Of a stretch of 64,000 nt of DNA, positions 1-14,698 are shown piece after piece (the first letter of the stretch is position 1; every line of letters starts with the position of its first letter). The position numbers were made by a program, and so were the translations under genes. The stretch covers positions 8,355,519 to 8,419,518 of the forward strand of contig CM082578.2 in the NCBI GenBank assembly GCA_040954595.2, written 5' to 3'. The stretch is from Balanoglossus misakiensis. Lineage: Eukaryota; Animalia; Hemichordata. Under the pieces are notes generated by a model that searched no databases, had not been told where the DNA came from, and was given only the letters and a program-made list of their open reading frames with translations.

Positions 1-8
1 AAATGTAA

Positions 9-212
9 TACTGTAAAACAGGTAATTTTTTTACGAAAGATAAAACTACGCAAGAGCCAAAAAATGCGAAAATAACAAATTCGCGTAAAAAATGTTTTTA
101 GGAGATAACAATGCAGTGTAATACGAGAACAGGAAAATTAATAGTTGCGTAACAGTTGCCTCCTTTGATATCGCGAAAATTTCCTGTTGTGAAAATGTCC
201 CGTTTTACAGTA
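9..212. mobile_element. MITE-like element with TA-flanked terminal inverted repeats, in a synapsin intron
   Basis: Begins TACTGTAAAAC (9) and ends GTTTTACAGTA (212); no coding capacity. Confidence 0.55.
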
Positions 213-324
213 TAAGTAAGAGAAATAACAGTTAATAATTCAATTCATGTCTTCATGAATGCCAGCTTGTAAGATTTTCTGCCTCATTGCATCGAAAACT
301 TTGTTCTTTCGTCTACGCACACAG

Positions 325-1879
325 GTCAGAGTTCAAAACCACCACGATTTCCAAGACATCGCCAGCGTTGTGGCCATCACAGATTGCTATGCCACCACGG
401 AGCCTTACATTGACACCAAGTATGACATACGAATACAGAAAATTGGGTCGAACTACAAGGCATTCATGTAAGTGTGTGGCTTCTTGCGGTGTGTTTAGCG
501 TGGGTTTCTCTGGGAAATCACACTTTTTTTTCAAATTCAATGTGCCTACGCACTCCATTTCAACTGAATACTTTTTGCATTTACCTGTGTGAGAAATGCT
601 CATTTAGCATATTTTTCCCTTTCCAGGAGGACCTCTATATCCGGAAACTGGAAAGCCAATACTGGGTCATCAGTATTAGAACAGATAGCAGTAACAGAAA
701 GGTATAAACTGCTGAATATTGTTATTAATCAAACTTTTTACAAGAAAGTTCCCCTTTCTTTCATTATGAATGTGTAGCATCTGGAGATCCAGTGATCTCG
801 ATCTGTTTTTATTGTAATTTGATTGTTGCGACTGATTCACCCTCAGTAAAGAACAGGAACACAGGACAGGTGTTGACAAATGTCTTGTTGGTGTTCTGTT
901 ACGCAGGTTTAAATTCTGGGTGGATGAGTGCAGTGAAATCTTTGGTGGCTTGGATGTGGTTGCCGTGGAGGCCATACATGGAAAAGATGGCAAGGATTAC
1001 ATCATTGAGGTGAGAAGTTCGTCTGAAAGATGATCTGAGTTCTTCACATCACTATATACCACCCTACATTGTCCTGTGAGTACTATAAAGTTTGAAGAAA
1101 AATTCTCTTTTCTCGCTGTTTTTTAAAATCTTGGTTTTTATTTTGGCATGTAGGTGAATGACTGTGCTATGACGTTGCTGGGTGAAAATCAAGAAGAAGA
1201 TCGCCGACAGATTGGAGAACTGGTCTCCCTGAAGATGAACCATCTTGTCAAATCCACCCCACCCTCAATGCGGTAAGCATCTCCCCTCTTTGAAGAAAAA
1301 CAGGGGAATATGGAACATAGTTTTCAACTGCATAGAGGGCGCCCTCCAAACAGAAAAAATCGCAGGGCGCCGTTTCAGCTCAGAAGAATGAGATATGTGC
1401 CCCAATGATGTCATAGGTTCCCAGGGGGCAATGTGTAAATAAATAGCTCAAAAAGTTCAACCGCATTTGACCGTAGCATCACTTACTAACATGTGGCTGT
1501 ATTTTGTCAGACTATTTGGATATGGTCTTTGCACTTACTGGTACTTATATTCTTTTTTTTGCATCGGCACAGCAAGACTCTCTCTGGCCAACAACTTTTA
1601 GCCAGTTCACAAGGCAGCTCACCTACGGCCAGCGGTGCGGGCACACCCAAGAACATCCCCGGTGCCCAGTCTCCAAGCCCACCCAAAGGAGCTACACCGT
1701 CAGCCAGCCCACAGAAACCTTCAACCGCCTCATCGCCCGCCTCCTCCCAGAGGAGTACCCCGTCGTCGACTCAAAGGACTCTGCCAAACCCTCCGCCGAA
1801 GGTTACCCCTCCGGAAGAGGACGACACCTTCAGAAATCTGAAGAGGACCTTTGCCAACATCTTTGGCGACATCAATTGA
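325..1879 (+). CDS. SYN: Synapsin, last five coding exons (5' part lies upstream of the window)
   Basis: GT-AG exons 325-467, 627-701, 907-1009, 1154-1272, 1573-1879 join in frame. They give [95 protein letters not shown] (synapsin C domain), a Pro/Ser-rich linker, and the E-domain-like tail [21 protein letters not shown]. Confidence 0.95.
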
Positions 1880-4800
1880 ACGCCACCTCCCTCCCCCTCC
1901 AAAATAATGGTACATGCCAGGTGTGCTTTGTCCTGGAATTGGCCAGATTTCAAAAGTAGTAGTTATTGGTTTAGTCCAGCTTTGGAGGATGCCAGGTGAT
2001 ACACACAGTATTTTGACTGCAGTGCTAGAAATGTTTTTCAGAAGGAGTAGAAACAGTAAAAAATGTCGTACATGTATTAAAATATAGCCAGGTTCCCAAT
2101 TGTCTCAGTGTCAGTGAGAAGCCATGGAAATTTTTTTCAGAGAAATGTGTTTGTGAATATTTGTGAATAGAAATGAAAATGTCACACCGTATCTCTCTGG
2201 CGACCAATGATGGTTGTCTACCTATAAATATGAAACCAATAGCTGTCACCCCCCTCTTATGTGACATGGGCCCAACCATGCCATTGTGAACTATGAGACT
2301 ATACCAAATAATGGAAGGGTTCATCCTTTCAAGAGGATTTGGCTGTCTCACCGCGATCACAAAATCAGTTCACTGGAATCGTTTTCAGAGCCACTGTGAA
2401 GTTGCCTTAAGCCTACAACATTCCAAAAGTCTCAGATTGCTCACAGTAATTGCGAAATTTTAAATCACAAAACGGAAGAATGATTTCCATCTGTAAATTC
2501 ACAGACAGCCAAAAAGTTCAGCTTAGGGTTCAAAGGGCAAAGCTCAGACAGGTCACCACATTGGACAGTTGATAACTACGGTGCATTCTGGGATACCAGG
2601 TGGCTCTTTTAATACAGATAAAGCAGAATGTAGATTAGTCTGAATTATCGAAAGATTGGAATTTGTAAATAAATCATTTAGCTGTAGAGTAGCTCTTCCC
2701 CTTTTTTAAAATCAATAAGAGATGTAAATGTACCGTAGTTCATTGTGATGTGTAGGCACCATTTATAGTACAAGTGGGATGATGGTTTGCTTGTTTGTCA
2801 GTTGGTGCCATTTTGAATATTTTTGAATGTTGGTGTGTAGTGGTCCTTGTTGGAGTTACAGGACAACATCATTCCAGAGATAAAATCCCACATCAATCAT
2901 AGATTTTTCTTGTGAGTTGGAAGACATCCAAAAAGGTAGATAAGTTAGAGATATTTATTGATAAATAAATTGAATTGGGAGTGAATTATGAAAAGGAGAT
3001 CGTGAAATGTTGCACTTGGTGCCATACATACAAAGTCATTGATTATGCGTGCTTTGTATGTGAAAGAAAGTTGTAAAAAAAAGGTGTGCTCATAAGGTGT
3101 TTAACTTGTGCCTATGAAGAATGCCTCAAATTCTGTATTAATTCTGTTCAGTGGGGCTCACGAAATACAACCCAAATTCTGTCAGTTGGGTTTCTCAGTC
3201 TAGGGTTGTCTTCGTATAAAGGAAGAGCAACCGACAAGTATTACTGTAAACTGTACGGTATTTATGTTAGTGTACAACGAGAGGGTCGTCCAACTTCACA
3301 ATATGTTCAGCATGGAAGCAAACATGCTATAAAAGATGACGAGCATTCAGGTGTGTGGGCTTGTAGTGTGCGCGAGATGATTTAATGAATTGTTTATTGA
3401 ACGTGACAAGTATACTAGCAAGCCTGTTCATTTACCGGCCTTCAATAATTGTGTATAGTTATTTGAATTTTGTAAATATTTCATGTATAGATGCTGAAAA
3501 TAGGCGGTACAGCTATGCACAGCGTTTTATCTGCTTTTGCGCTTGGTTGAGTTTATCAAATATTGCTTCATTTTGTGTGTGCATTAGCTTCATCAACAAG
3601 GTCTTTGGGGGAGAGAGGTCTACAGACTGAGATGCTCAAGGAATACGCTGACTTCTCTAACTTTCATTAACCAAAAAGAGATCTTTGTTTCCTTCTGTCT
3701 CATCAACTATACTCCGTACACTCTCAATGGAGATGCAGTATTTTGAAATGTTTGCATGCAATGCCAAAGTTCAGTGAGCTTCATGGCTTACATTGCGCAT
3801 CATTTACCTCTGACATATACACTGCAATAATTTTTTAAAAGACGAGATAAATTTGACTCCTGCAGTTGAACCTTCATTTTATTTTCCCACTAGATTATTC
3901 GAAAGTTAAGTGGAAATCCAAAACTCGGGAGATCTGGATTTTTGACATTCATAAGATGCCACACATCCAGTGGCGACCTTTCAAGAGCTCAGACACCATC
4001 TGGCCTACCTTTGATAACTTGTTTGTTGAGAATAGAGTAATAGCTTGGCCAAAAGCAATATAGTTACTCAGTGTTGCTGCATTCACAGGCCCCGGTGCGA
4101 CTACCCAGTTTACACATTGCAGTGTTCATAACAGCAATGAACTCCAGAATAAATTAGCTGGGAAAGTCTTCGAAATGAAAATTGGGAAGCAGCCTTTTGC
4201 TTGGTATGTTTGTGTACGTGGCGTATTTCCCTATCAGAGTGTTAGTGATGATAATAGAGAAATTGTCCAGAGTTTCTTTGCCTTCAAGCAACTGACATCA
4301 AAATGCATAGCTTCCTTTCTGTTGATAGGTTTTATTTCCAGATAAACAAAGAAAATATACATACTTGTGTAAAACTTAGAACACTGTCATTCTGTGGTAG
4401 TTAAACAACATACATAGAAGTTGCATTCGTTTTAAAAGTAGAAATATTAGGTTTTTTGGATACACAGACACATGAATACATTCACACAGATAAAACATTT
4501 CCTCGTCAAGTTTACGTTTACAAAAGTTTAATAGCCAGTCAGGAAATGAGACTGAAGATAGACTGTCACAACATCAACAAAAATAAATATGTTGGGTGAT
4601 TTCTGAAATTATAAAAACCTGACATTAATATGCAATAATTTAGACTCCTCGTCAAATATTACTTTCACATTCTAACTAGCAGCTGTGTATTCTTTTGTGT
4701 CGGTTTTAGTTATGACGATGTCAGTGATTTCCAGAATCTTTTTTTTCTCTCCATCAAATCTGCTAGCGACATTCATTTTAAAGAATTACTTTAACTGGAT

Positions 4801-6018
4801 GTATGTTTATATTTCTTGGATTTTATTTGTATATATAGTGTTGTATCGAAAAAAAATGTAGACATTCAAGTACCTAGGAATATTAAACTCAAGATGATTC
4901 AGCCAAAACTTATGTCTATTTCAAGTCAATGTGCAGTATTTCCCAAATTTCGACGTAGATACGGTAATCATACCCGACAATCCTGATGCATACTTGTGCG
5001 CATGTGCATATCATCGTATAACTAGATAAAAACAAAAGGCCTTGTCTGCAGTAAATGTTGAGGGCGCTACAATATGGTTCCAGCACACCAAATGTCTATG
5101 ACTGGCGGAACCACCGACTACCCTATCACAATTTACCGAAATACTATACGAATTTTGCCGAGAAATGTCATATTATTACGTACAAAAATGTCTAAGCTTT
5201 CACGTTTCTGGTAACAATCATAGGACCCTGCACCCACGATTGAGAGATTGAGAATACCACAGATGTAGGCCTACCACTTTCCAATGCGATCGGATAATGT
5301 CTCAGTGTTGTGTCTTCATCGACAGACCCGTATAGCTTTTTCTGGAAGTCCATCCCATTTTCAACCTACACTTTCATTTTTGGGGGCGCAGCTGCGATGT
5401 TTTCATCATGTGTATGTACATATTTATTTGCCTTGCTTATACTTGTTTCATCCGAACTGATATACGTGTTCGTGCACGCCGTCGTACGGCGCGCCTAAAA
5501 CGATTTTCGGGTGATGCAACAAAAACACCCGAGCAATTCCGAATGCACATATACGCATTTTGCCGATGAGACTGATGGCAGGCCACAAGGTAGCCGATAT
5601 TTCATTTTCGCGACCATACAGCTTTAATAATTACAAATTATCTACATCCATGATAACCATCACTTGTAATGTGGGTTATTTAAGGCGATATAAAGTGGGT
5701 TTTGGAGCGATAAGGAAGTTCAAAGTGATATCATTTTTTTCATGATTCACCGAGCAACTTGTGCACAGCTCTCTTCTGTTAATATTTTGCCATTCTATCT
5801 GACAGGGTAATTTGTAATGATGAGTGTGTAACAGTGTTCATAAGTTCAGTTGCGATCATCCACCCCCCACACGCTCATTCTCGTTCGCTGAGGCAGTACA
5901 TTGCAGACAACGGATGCGTTGAAGTTCGTCTACAACAGCTGTCGTTCGCAGAAAAGTATTTGTCTTTGAACTAAATCATAGAAAATCCTGCATATAAGCC
6001 AAAGTCAAAATAATCATC

Positions 6019-9000
6019 ATGGATGAAAAAGCAGCGGTAGCGGCAGGCACCGAGCTGAGACACCGGTACGAAAACGACGCCATGGAAAGCAAAAGCGACG
6101 ACGGGAAGAGCGTGCAGCTCGCCACCGATTCGGAGGGAGTTGCTATGAAACAGAGCATAAACTTCGTACGGGCATCATCTATGATCGTGGGCTGCATCAT
6201 CGGTTCGGGAATCTTCATCTCTCCGGCGGGAGTTCTGGAGTACAGCGGCTCTACGGGTACGGCTCTCATAGTCTGGGCGTTGTGCGGCGTGGTGGCTTTC
6301 CTCGGCGGGCTGTGCTACGCCGAGCTGGGCTGCGCGATCACCAAGTCCGGCGGGGAGTACACCTACCTGAAGGTGGCCTTTGGTCCTTTTCTGGCTTTCC
6401 TGATGTTGTGGATCAACTTTCTGATCGTCGCGCCCGGCAACGTCGCCATCATTTCGCAGACGTTTGCAATTTATTGCGTGGTGCCGTTCTACGGAGATTG
6501 CTACCCGCCGGACTGGGCAGTCATCCTCATTTCAGAAGCGTGTATTAGTGAGTAAACTATTTATTCATTCTATTTATTTTATTTGGGTAGTTGGTTCGTT
6601 AAATTAAATCATAAATCTTGTCACCGTATATATTGGTACGAGGCCTTGAAACTGACAACAATGTTATAATGACGACGACAGGTAGGATAGGTCAGTCAAA
6701 AATTTTAAACCAAAATTTAAAAAAACACTACACTAACTGCCCTCAAAACCAAATAAGTTAAAGACAGCTATATCAGATCCCGTTAGGAAATACGATGGCA
6801 TCGGGGTTTAAAATGCAGATGCGCAACGACGACGCGTGTCCTCAAAAACACTCCGTTGCATCATCTTCTTCTTCCGCCATGCCGGCAAGTCGTTAACACC
6901 CAAAACGATGCATGTGTCTGTTTGAAAACAGAGAAGTCAAACATTGGCGATGACTCACATACCCATCGGTCTAACCAGTGCCCATGGTGATGTATACATG
7001 CTGCGGCAGTTCACGTGGCGTGTGTGTATAAGATGTCCGTGTAGTCTATTACTAGTATTTAGTCGGGCCACAGTGTGTGTAGTGACTGTGGTCAGACATT
7101 CTGAAATGACATTCTTCATTCTGTCTTTGCCTATAAGATTGGACAGAATGTCTTGCATCAGCTCTCTGTTGTCTGAAAGAGCCCTTTCGATGGCTGGTGA
7201 CGTGTGACATGGGGGAAGCGAAGCCAAAAGTCCTTCAAATTGTAGGAGAATTGAATCGCATCGTATTGTGCGCGCTTGATGTATACGAAATTTCGTCTTA
7301 AGTAATATTATCGCCTTGTTCGTGAGAAGCATGATTTTGAAATCCGCATTGAGATCCGCATTCCATTGGTGATTGGGCCAAGTCGTTTCAGGACACGTGT
7401 GATGGGGCAAACTTTTTGCTGGTTAAGATGAGACGAAGAACAACATTTCGGGCAGTAATAAGAGGAGCATTTTAAACATTAGTTGGCAAAGAAGAAAACG
7501 AATAGGGTGTCATACAGGGTTAATACAGTTGCTTTGAATTGAGGGATGAGCTTTTATTTAGACACTGAACTATTGACGTACCCTTACACCCTGTTGGTGT
7601 TTGCCAAATACAGATCCAGCTATCGAAAAGTTAAAAAAAATGCATATGATAAACAATATGATTTGTGACGCATATGAAATAGACAATTGTAAACACGGGG
7701 AACAAATAGACAGGTGTGACAACACCTGTTTTCACGCGCATGTGACAAATCATCCGATTACAGATATCGTCTTCAGAATTTGTCTGCTTCCAAAGAGGGT
7801 TTTTTTAATAGAAACTTGAAGCCGGTGAAACTAGATCAGCAAACTGTATCAATTAAACAACAATATTGAACACGGTGAAACTGTGATTGGTTGTGCAGGA
7901 AAACCTTTCTGTTACGTATGAATAACAATAATCGATATTATAAAATGTGTATTTGATGAATGATAAAGATAAGGAGCACACGTGCGCAGGATTGTATTTT
8001 GGCACCTCGCTCCATTCTTATTAGTTATATTAGTTTAGTGGAATTATGTATCTCCGAGCTCAATGTTTACCTGTCACTGACAAACCATTCCACTATCCCA
8101 TCTTGCCTTTCTAATCTACGAGACAACTGAGGCAGAATGAATTACGAACATTTAGAGATATCGTCGCATTTCTGAATAAGAAGCGCGCAAAGATCACACG
8201 ATTAATACGAGAGCGAGATCATTTTTCGCACCCGAATTTTGATGATTAGCATGTAAATTTGATTATTGTTTGACAGTTTCTGGTCAGTAGAATTTATCGG
8301 TAATTGTGCGATGTCACAGTGGAATGTCCGAGGATTTTTCTTCTTCAGAATTCAACCCTTTTAACATCCGAGCATGTCGTCATACTGTATGGGTGACGTA
8401 ATAATGCCTGTGCTCAAATAGAAGAGGTTTGAGATCCAACTTATGTCGCTGGTATTCAATGTGTGGAGAATTCAAACATTGCCAACCATTATAGCACGGA
8501 AGTAAAAAGCTGCAAATGAAGATGTACAACTCACTTATTAACAATTTATTAGTGGTGAGACATTATTTGTAAACATGCCTTGATAATACGGGATGGTATC
8601 ACCGCGTGGGTGTTATTTGGGTCACAGTGACACAGATTGATAAATGAAGGTAATTAAACCAATGGACCGGGACTTTGATTAGCGGTAGATATAGGTCGAG
8701 GTTCACGATTTCATCATACTATATGTGATGAGAATTAAATCTAAAAACAACGCAGGGTGCTGAAAATAATTAACAGGTCGCAGTTCGAGGAGGAATGGCT
8801 TACCCTTTGGTCGCGTTAACCAACTGTTGTGTTTTTAAAAAGTAATATGCCATAAAACATGACAATTTCGAGATTCTATAATCTAAACTAATCTACAATC
8901 TTCTCCGAAAGGTCAGTGTTGATGTGATAATCAGAATCAGGCGATAAACTCAGGGGGTAGGCTACTCGCTCATAGACGGTAATGAACCGTTCGTTTTTCG

Positions 9001-12000
9001 CTTAAAAAAACCCAAAGTGCGTGCCGTTAACATATCAAATGTTCCAGTGCTTTTGAAAATGCAACAAAACAACGGTAAATGACATCAAAATATCAATTTT
9101 TAATAGAAATCCCTAACGATTGGTCAGTTTTTGTGGAGTATACATGTTTTGAACTTGGCCACGCCCCCCTCGTAGGATAATAGTGGGAGTACCCCCGGGG
9201 GTAAACCCTTCACCATGCATTGACTGGACTTGGCCATGCCACCGGTACTGAACCATGACATACATTGCCATTGCATCATCCAACTCCATTTGACGACAGA
9301 GAAAAAAAAATGCTACAACAAACATCATGTGGAACATCAGTACCACATCGGTTATTTTATGTAAGCTTATATCTAATTTTCATCAAAGTAAAGTTCATAT
9401 ACTCAGCTTAATGAAATTCATGGTACTTGTATTTGGGGTTTCCACAGATTGTCCTCCTGCAAGATCGTGGCTTTGGGGGAAAATAAACCTTGCAGGCAAA
9501 ACATACAATGCCACCTCAGGTTATATTTAACCGAAGCAAAACCAAACATAAACACGTCTGGCCACTGGCCAGTAATTGGCATTTTATCTTGAGGACTCGG
9601 ACACTCCAGAATCTCTAGGTGTGACGTATGTCGCACGTGGATGGCGCATACGCGTAAGATCATCTCTGGCCGCTCAGTAGAAAGAAATCACCAGTTTGTA
9701 TAGACAACACAGCGCAGCAAGGGGAGAATCTCGACTATGCCACGAAGTAGACACCGCCCGATACCTATCACGATCACTAAAGAAGTGCCGGCAATATAGA
9801 TACAAGGGATTCAGTGCCCCCAAATGCATGCCCTCTGTATCATGACCTCTGTAGCATCTCACGTGAAGTGATATTCTGTTCTATCACGATAATTCAAACT
9901 ACAGCACACATCACCAAGAATGTTATCTTTACAACGATGATTTCTGAACCAACAAAACAATTTAATTAGCAGTTGGAGCACTCAAAGTTGAAATCAAAAC
10001 AACGTAGACTATGATGGCGTACAGTTTTTATCAAGTTTATTTGCCTTCAGGAATTAAAGTCTGTAAATATTATTTCTATTTTTTTTATTAAACCTGCTTC
10101 CAATTTGTCGTCGATCAACGCGGATATAGTCATTAATCAATACTATATGATAAGCGTTATCTCTTGGCAGGCATATCAGTTTAGTAAACATGCCTTGTAT
10201 TTGACATAATTACAGCTCCGATGCACAAAACTTTTTGCATTTTTTACCTCAAAACATCATCCAATAATTAGCATGATTTTCATTGGTGACGGTCCGGTGT
10301 TTACAACGGGATTCGTTCTCAAAACACACATTGTTGATCTCAATGACGCATTCCAATGTGCATCGCAGATAACCATGCGCCCTCAAAACATCGCCTTCAT
10401 GTGAACCGAACACATACTGCGTCATGTGGACATGCGCAAGACAAAGCACACTTTATCTTTGGGCGGGACAGTTTTGTTCGAACTATTTTCAAACTAACTT
10501 TTTTGCCTCCTTGAACTAAAAAAACAAAACCATGACGTCAAATTGAAATTGGAACGTGAAGAAGCAACCCTATGAGTAAAAGTGCCACTGACTGATGGAA
10601 CTAAATGAGTTAATCCGAATCCTATAGTAAAAATTTATCATATACCATTTACTTTTTCTTTTCTTTTCACAGTTCTGATATTCGCCTATAACTGTTGCAC
10701 CGTAGTGGGCGCTGCATGGGTACAGGTTGTGTGTACCATCGCCAAAGTGGCCGGTCTGCTGATTATTATCATCGCTGGTATCGTTCTGCTCATTCAAGGT
10801 TGGTATATATAAATTGATAAGATTTCAGCTACATGATGATACCACTGTCTGGATCATCGATAAATAAGTCCATACCCTCCCAGTGAGAGTGTATTCATCT
10901 GTTGGCACTTTACAAGAATGTTCAGCTTGTATTCAGCTATGATTTATGACTTTCAATACAGGTAACACGGAATATTTGAATTTCAACGGACCCGGTACCA
11001 ACGTTGTACGTATTTCCATCGCATTTTACAACGGTCTTTTCTCATATGCAGGATGGTAAGAATTCACATATTCAGTCTTATAATAATAAAACAATGGGTC
11101 GTTCTACAGGTACAATTGCGCATAGTATCTCAACCTTGAAATTTCGACTTCAAAATATACTTTTTAAAAAGCTTAGCTAAAATCAGTAAGATACCTTCTT
11201 CAAACTGAATTACAATGTCCTTTACATTTGAACAAAAATTGGCCGATAAACATCCAAATTTTAAGCTATACTGTACAATGAAGGTTCCACGAAACGTCTC
11301 CAAGTAATGTCTACACAGTCTTAGTCACTGTTTTCATTGCCCAATCTCAATAGTTAAAGAAAAACTAAAGTTTGCCACTCGTATTATTTGCAGGTCATGT
11401 CTAAACGCCATTACAGAAGAAATGAATAACCCCAAAAGGTTGGTTTGGTTTGTTTGTCCGAACTTTCCGGTTGGTGTACTAATTTGCATATTCATGAGAA
11501 AATGTGACGTCATTTGCGATCAACGCTATTCCAAGCAATGCTATAATAGTATTGCTCACACAGAATAGTAGAATATGCATTCCCATTAATGTGCTGGCGA
11601 TATTCTTTTTGAACAGAGACTTCCCAATCTCCCTGTCGGGATCCATGATCGCCATCACCGTTATCTACGTACTCACCAACATCGCCTACTTCGCTGCGAT
11701 GTCTCCGTTAGAAATGCTGGCGTCGCCTGCTGTAGCTGTGGTAAGAGAAATCATCATAACATTATTCACTAAAATCAGGACCATCAGGCTTTCCTATTAT
11801 TCTGAATTCAGGGTTGGTTTTCTCGTTATCATCATTAAACTTTATTGTCCCTAAAATTGGAAACTTGTCTTGCAACGGCACAAAACATGAAGAAGAATGA
11901 AAGTGGCCGTGGACTGGCCTTCTTCTAAAACTCTGACACCACTCCACCGTGTTTGATCGCATCGCTGAACAAACTTAATATACATATATTGTAGCCAGGA

Positions 12001-14134
12001 ATTGATTTAGAACATCTCTTGCAGACATTTGGTGATAAAGTACTTGGCAACTGGGCGTGGTTGATGCCTGTGGCTGTGGCGTTGTCAACCTTTGGAGCTG
12101 CCAATGGCCAGGCTCTAGGATTGTCAAGGTAAAGAAATTTATTGATAAAACTTAAAATGGCCCCGTGGGCTACAAATGTGATACAAAATTAATACAAATA
12201 GAACAGAAAACTCTACAAATCAACCATTATTAAAATCTACAATGTACACATCGCTATTAAAGTTCTTCAGCGAATGTTGTAATATACGAATACATGGTCT
12301 TGATTTCTTGTCTTTGCGATCGACAGGCTGAACTTTGTTGGAGCGCGTGACGGCCTCTTCCCAGATCTCCTCGGTATGGTTCACATCAAGTTCTTAACAC
12401 CCATGCCAGCTTTAATATCAATGGTCAGTTCACTTATATTTTTTTTTATATTCTTCTTTCTCTTCTTTGTTCCAATGCGCCTTTCAAATCTAAGATGGGA
12501 GAGTCGTATTAATATAGCATGATCGATTACCATTCAATCCGGGTAGTTTTGCACTCGGCACGTGACAGTATGTTCATTATACGCAGAGTTTGCATCGAAA
12601 AAAGTTTCGACGTCAACCTGTCCCAGGTTTCAACCGGCGAACTAGAAACCAGCACTGTATGTGAAAGACTTTTTTCGGGTCCGCCAGCACGCTATCAATT
12701 TTGAGGTAGACCGTCCGTGGCTTTCGTCGCAATAATATAGGATTACTGTTTACCAATCCAAAAGCTATTACCCATTGTAAAAAGAAGCGTTACTTTTGAA
12801 TCGCAGGGCATACTCTCCATGTTGTACGGGTTGTACCCGGATGTGGGTACCCTAATTAACTACACCAGTTTTACGTATTGGCTGTTTGTTGCCCTGGTGA
12901 CAACAGGTTTGATCACCATGCGTTGGACGCACAAGGATTTGGAACGCCCATTTAAGGTATGTGATTGCATGGACAAGCTGATTCAAGATGATAATTGGCT
13001 GTGTGTGATATCTGTGTTATTCAAAGGAATTGTTCATCGGCTTCTCACATGTGTATAGTACAGAAACTGGTGCCATCGGAAAATTTCACGTGTACAAACA
13101 GACTGACCAGCCAATTCACCAAGCAGAAAAAGTCTTCAAATGCTAAAAGCGTTATATTCTTCATTTTCCTATTGTTTGCAATTCCTGACCATTGATGGCG
13201 TTGCACCTGTTCGGTAAGGATATGTAAATAACGCTCAATTATGCACCAACCAACATATTTCTTGACGTGGACATTTCTATGCAAAACACATGCCCCTTTC
13301 ACTTTGATGGTGCAAAATGCCCTGCTATTATTCCCAGTACTTTGGTATACATGTATATTGTCTTTTTACCAAATAACATATAAATATACATCGTGTGTTT
13401 CATTCACAGTGTCCACTTGGGATAGCCATCTTTTTTGCCATTTTCTGCTACTTCATCGTGTTTGTCTCCATCTTCTCCGCAACCATGGAAGCTGTCATCG
13501 GTACAATTATCATTCTGACCGGTATACCTGTTTATTTCTACGCCGTCAAGTGGGTAAACAAACCCAAGTGGCTGGTGAAAATACTAAGTATGTTTTAGAT
13601 CGATTATTTATAATAATTATGATATCACGTTAGATGTTAGACATTTTACTACTTGAAGGGAATATACATTAGAATTTATATACAAACGTTTTTGAAATTA
13701 TCACATCAATCAAAAAGGGTTATTCAGTTTTCATAACTCGTTGACATGTATACAATCAATATCCTCTTGTCACACATTTCGTAGGAAAACCGAATGTAAC
13801 CTTGAACCCGTGTTCTTAATTTTGTGATTTGCTCATCGGTTACCAAAGGGCTATTGAATGTGGTTTTTATATCATATTTCTTGCAGACAAGCAGCGATTT
13901 CACTTTCTGAGAAAAGTCAAATATCAATACATTTTATAGTTGGCGCGTCGATCTTATAACAATAGTGTTCGAAGGCAACTATATCATGCAAGAGACACGC
14001 ATACATTCGTTGCTTTGTATCGCCAGTGTTACTCTCATATTATCATTTTCTTTTTCATTATTCCTACAGATGGTGGTCTCCATTTCTCTCAGAAGTACAT
14101 GCTGGTTGTGATGCAGGAAAAAGACACGTTTTAA
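6019..14134 (+). CDS. SLC7 L-type (heteromeric) amino-acid transporter light chain, gene A, 10 coding exons, about 503 aa
   Basis: Exons 6019-6547, 10673-10798, 10962-11055, 11394-11438, 11617-11740, 12025-12128, 12327-12423, 12807-12956, 13410-13587, 14070-14134 total 1512 nt with an open frame. Motifs: [10 protein letters not shown] (TM1), LCYAELG..KSGGEY, GDCYPP (heavy-chain disulfide Cys), GLFSYAGW (TM6), [22 protein letters not shown]. Orthology to a specific vertebrate SLC7A member cannot be assigned by eye. Confidence 0.95.
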
Positions 14135-14532
14135 TGCAAGGGTGTTCTGTTGCCGAAATCTTGTCGAGGCACCGCCATTTAAAGTTTGGGCTATTTCCAA
14201 ACCGGGCTGTACATATTTGTATCTCTCTATTTGGCTGAACAAGTCTTGGGTGCATCTGTGTATAATTCTACGGTAGTCCCACTTGTTATGGTTGGTTGGC
14301 CGGTAATCGCAAACACCTTAAAGGGAATTTGAGAATTGTGGGGTACTATGAACGGTTAAATTGTAAGAGTGGGCTACCAATGTTTATGTAAACTAATCAG
14401 AGAGACAGCAAGACAGAACTTCCACTATTTTCAATGACTTTTGTTTTGCTTGTTTCAAGTCGTGTTTTAAATAGAGTAGAAACTTATGAACTTATTTCGA
14501 AAACAGGGCATCATTTTCAACATCATAATCGT

Positions 14533-14698
14533 AGACTGTAGAGTAAGGCGCCGCTTTTACTTTTGCTGGTCGGATTCTTGGCTGTTCTGTTTGGAAGGGG
14601 CCCACCCGCCCTACGCGTACGCCCGAGAACAGCCAGGACAGAGAACAGAACAGCCCAAACTATCACCAGCGCCTGACTCCACATTTGAATTTAATCAG
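14533..14698. repeat. Interspersed repeat (MITE-like), copy 1
   Basis: Shares the core ATTCTTGGC.GTTCTGTTTGGAAGGGGCCC..CAGCCA.GACAGAGAACAGAACAGCC..AACTATCACCAG.GCCT with 46244-46448. Boundaries are approximate. Confidence 0.65.

Noticed and set aside
1-1879. Timp gene nested in synapsin, a known conserved arrangement
   Set aside because: The introns within the window are too short or show no TIMP exons; the host intron would lie upstream of the window.
1504-1959. 151-aa ORF overlapping the last synapsin exon
   Set aside because: Alternative frame of a C-rich, proline-coding exon; the synapsin frame explains the region.
6548-10672. Additional variable exons or a nested gene in the 4.1-kb first intron of gene A, including the 151-aa ORF 6955-7410
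   Set aside because: No GSGIF or YAELG-like remnants were seen, and the ORF has no recognisable motif or splice context.
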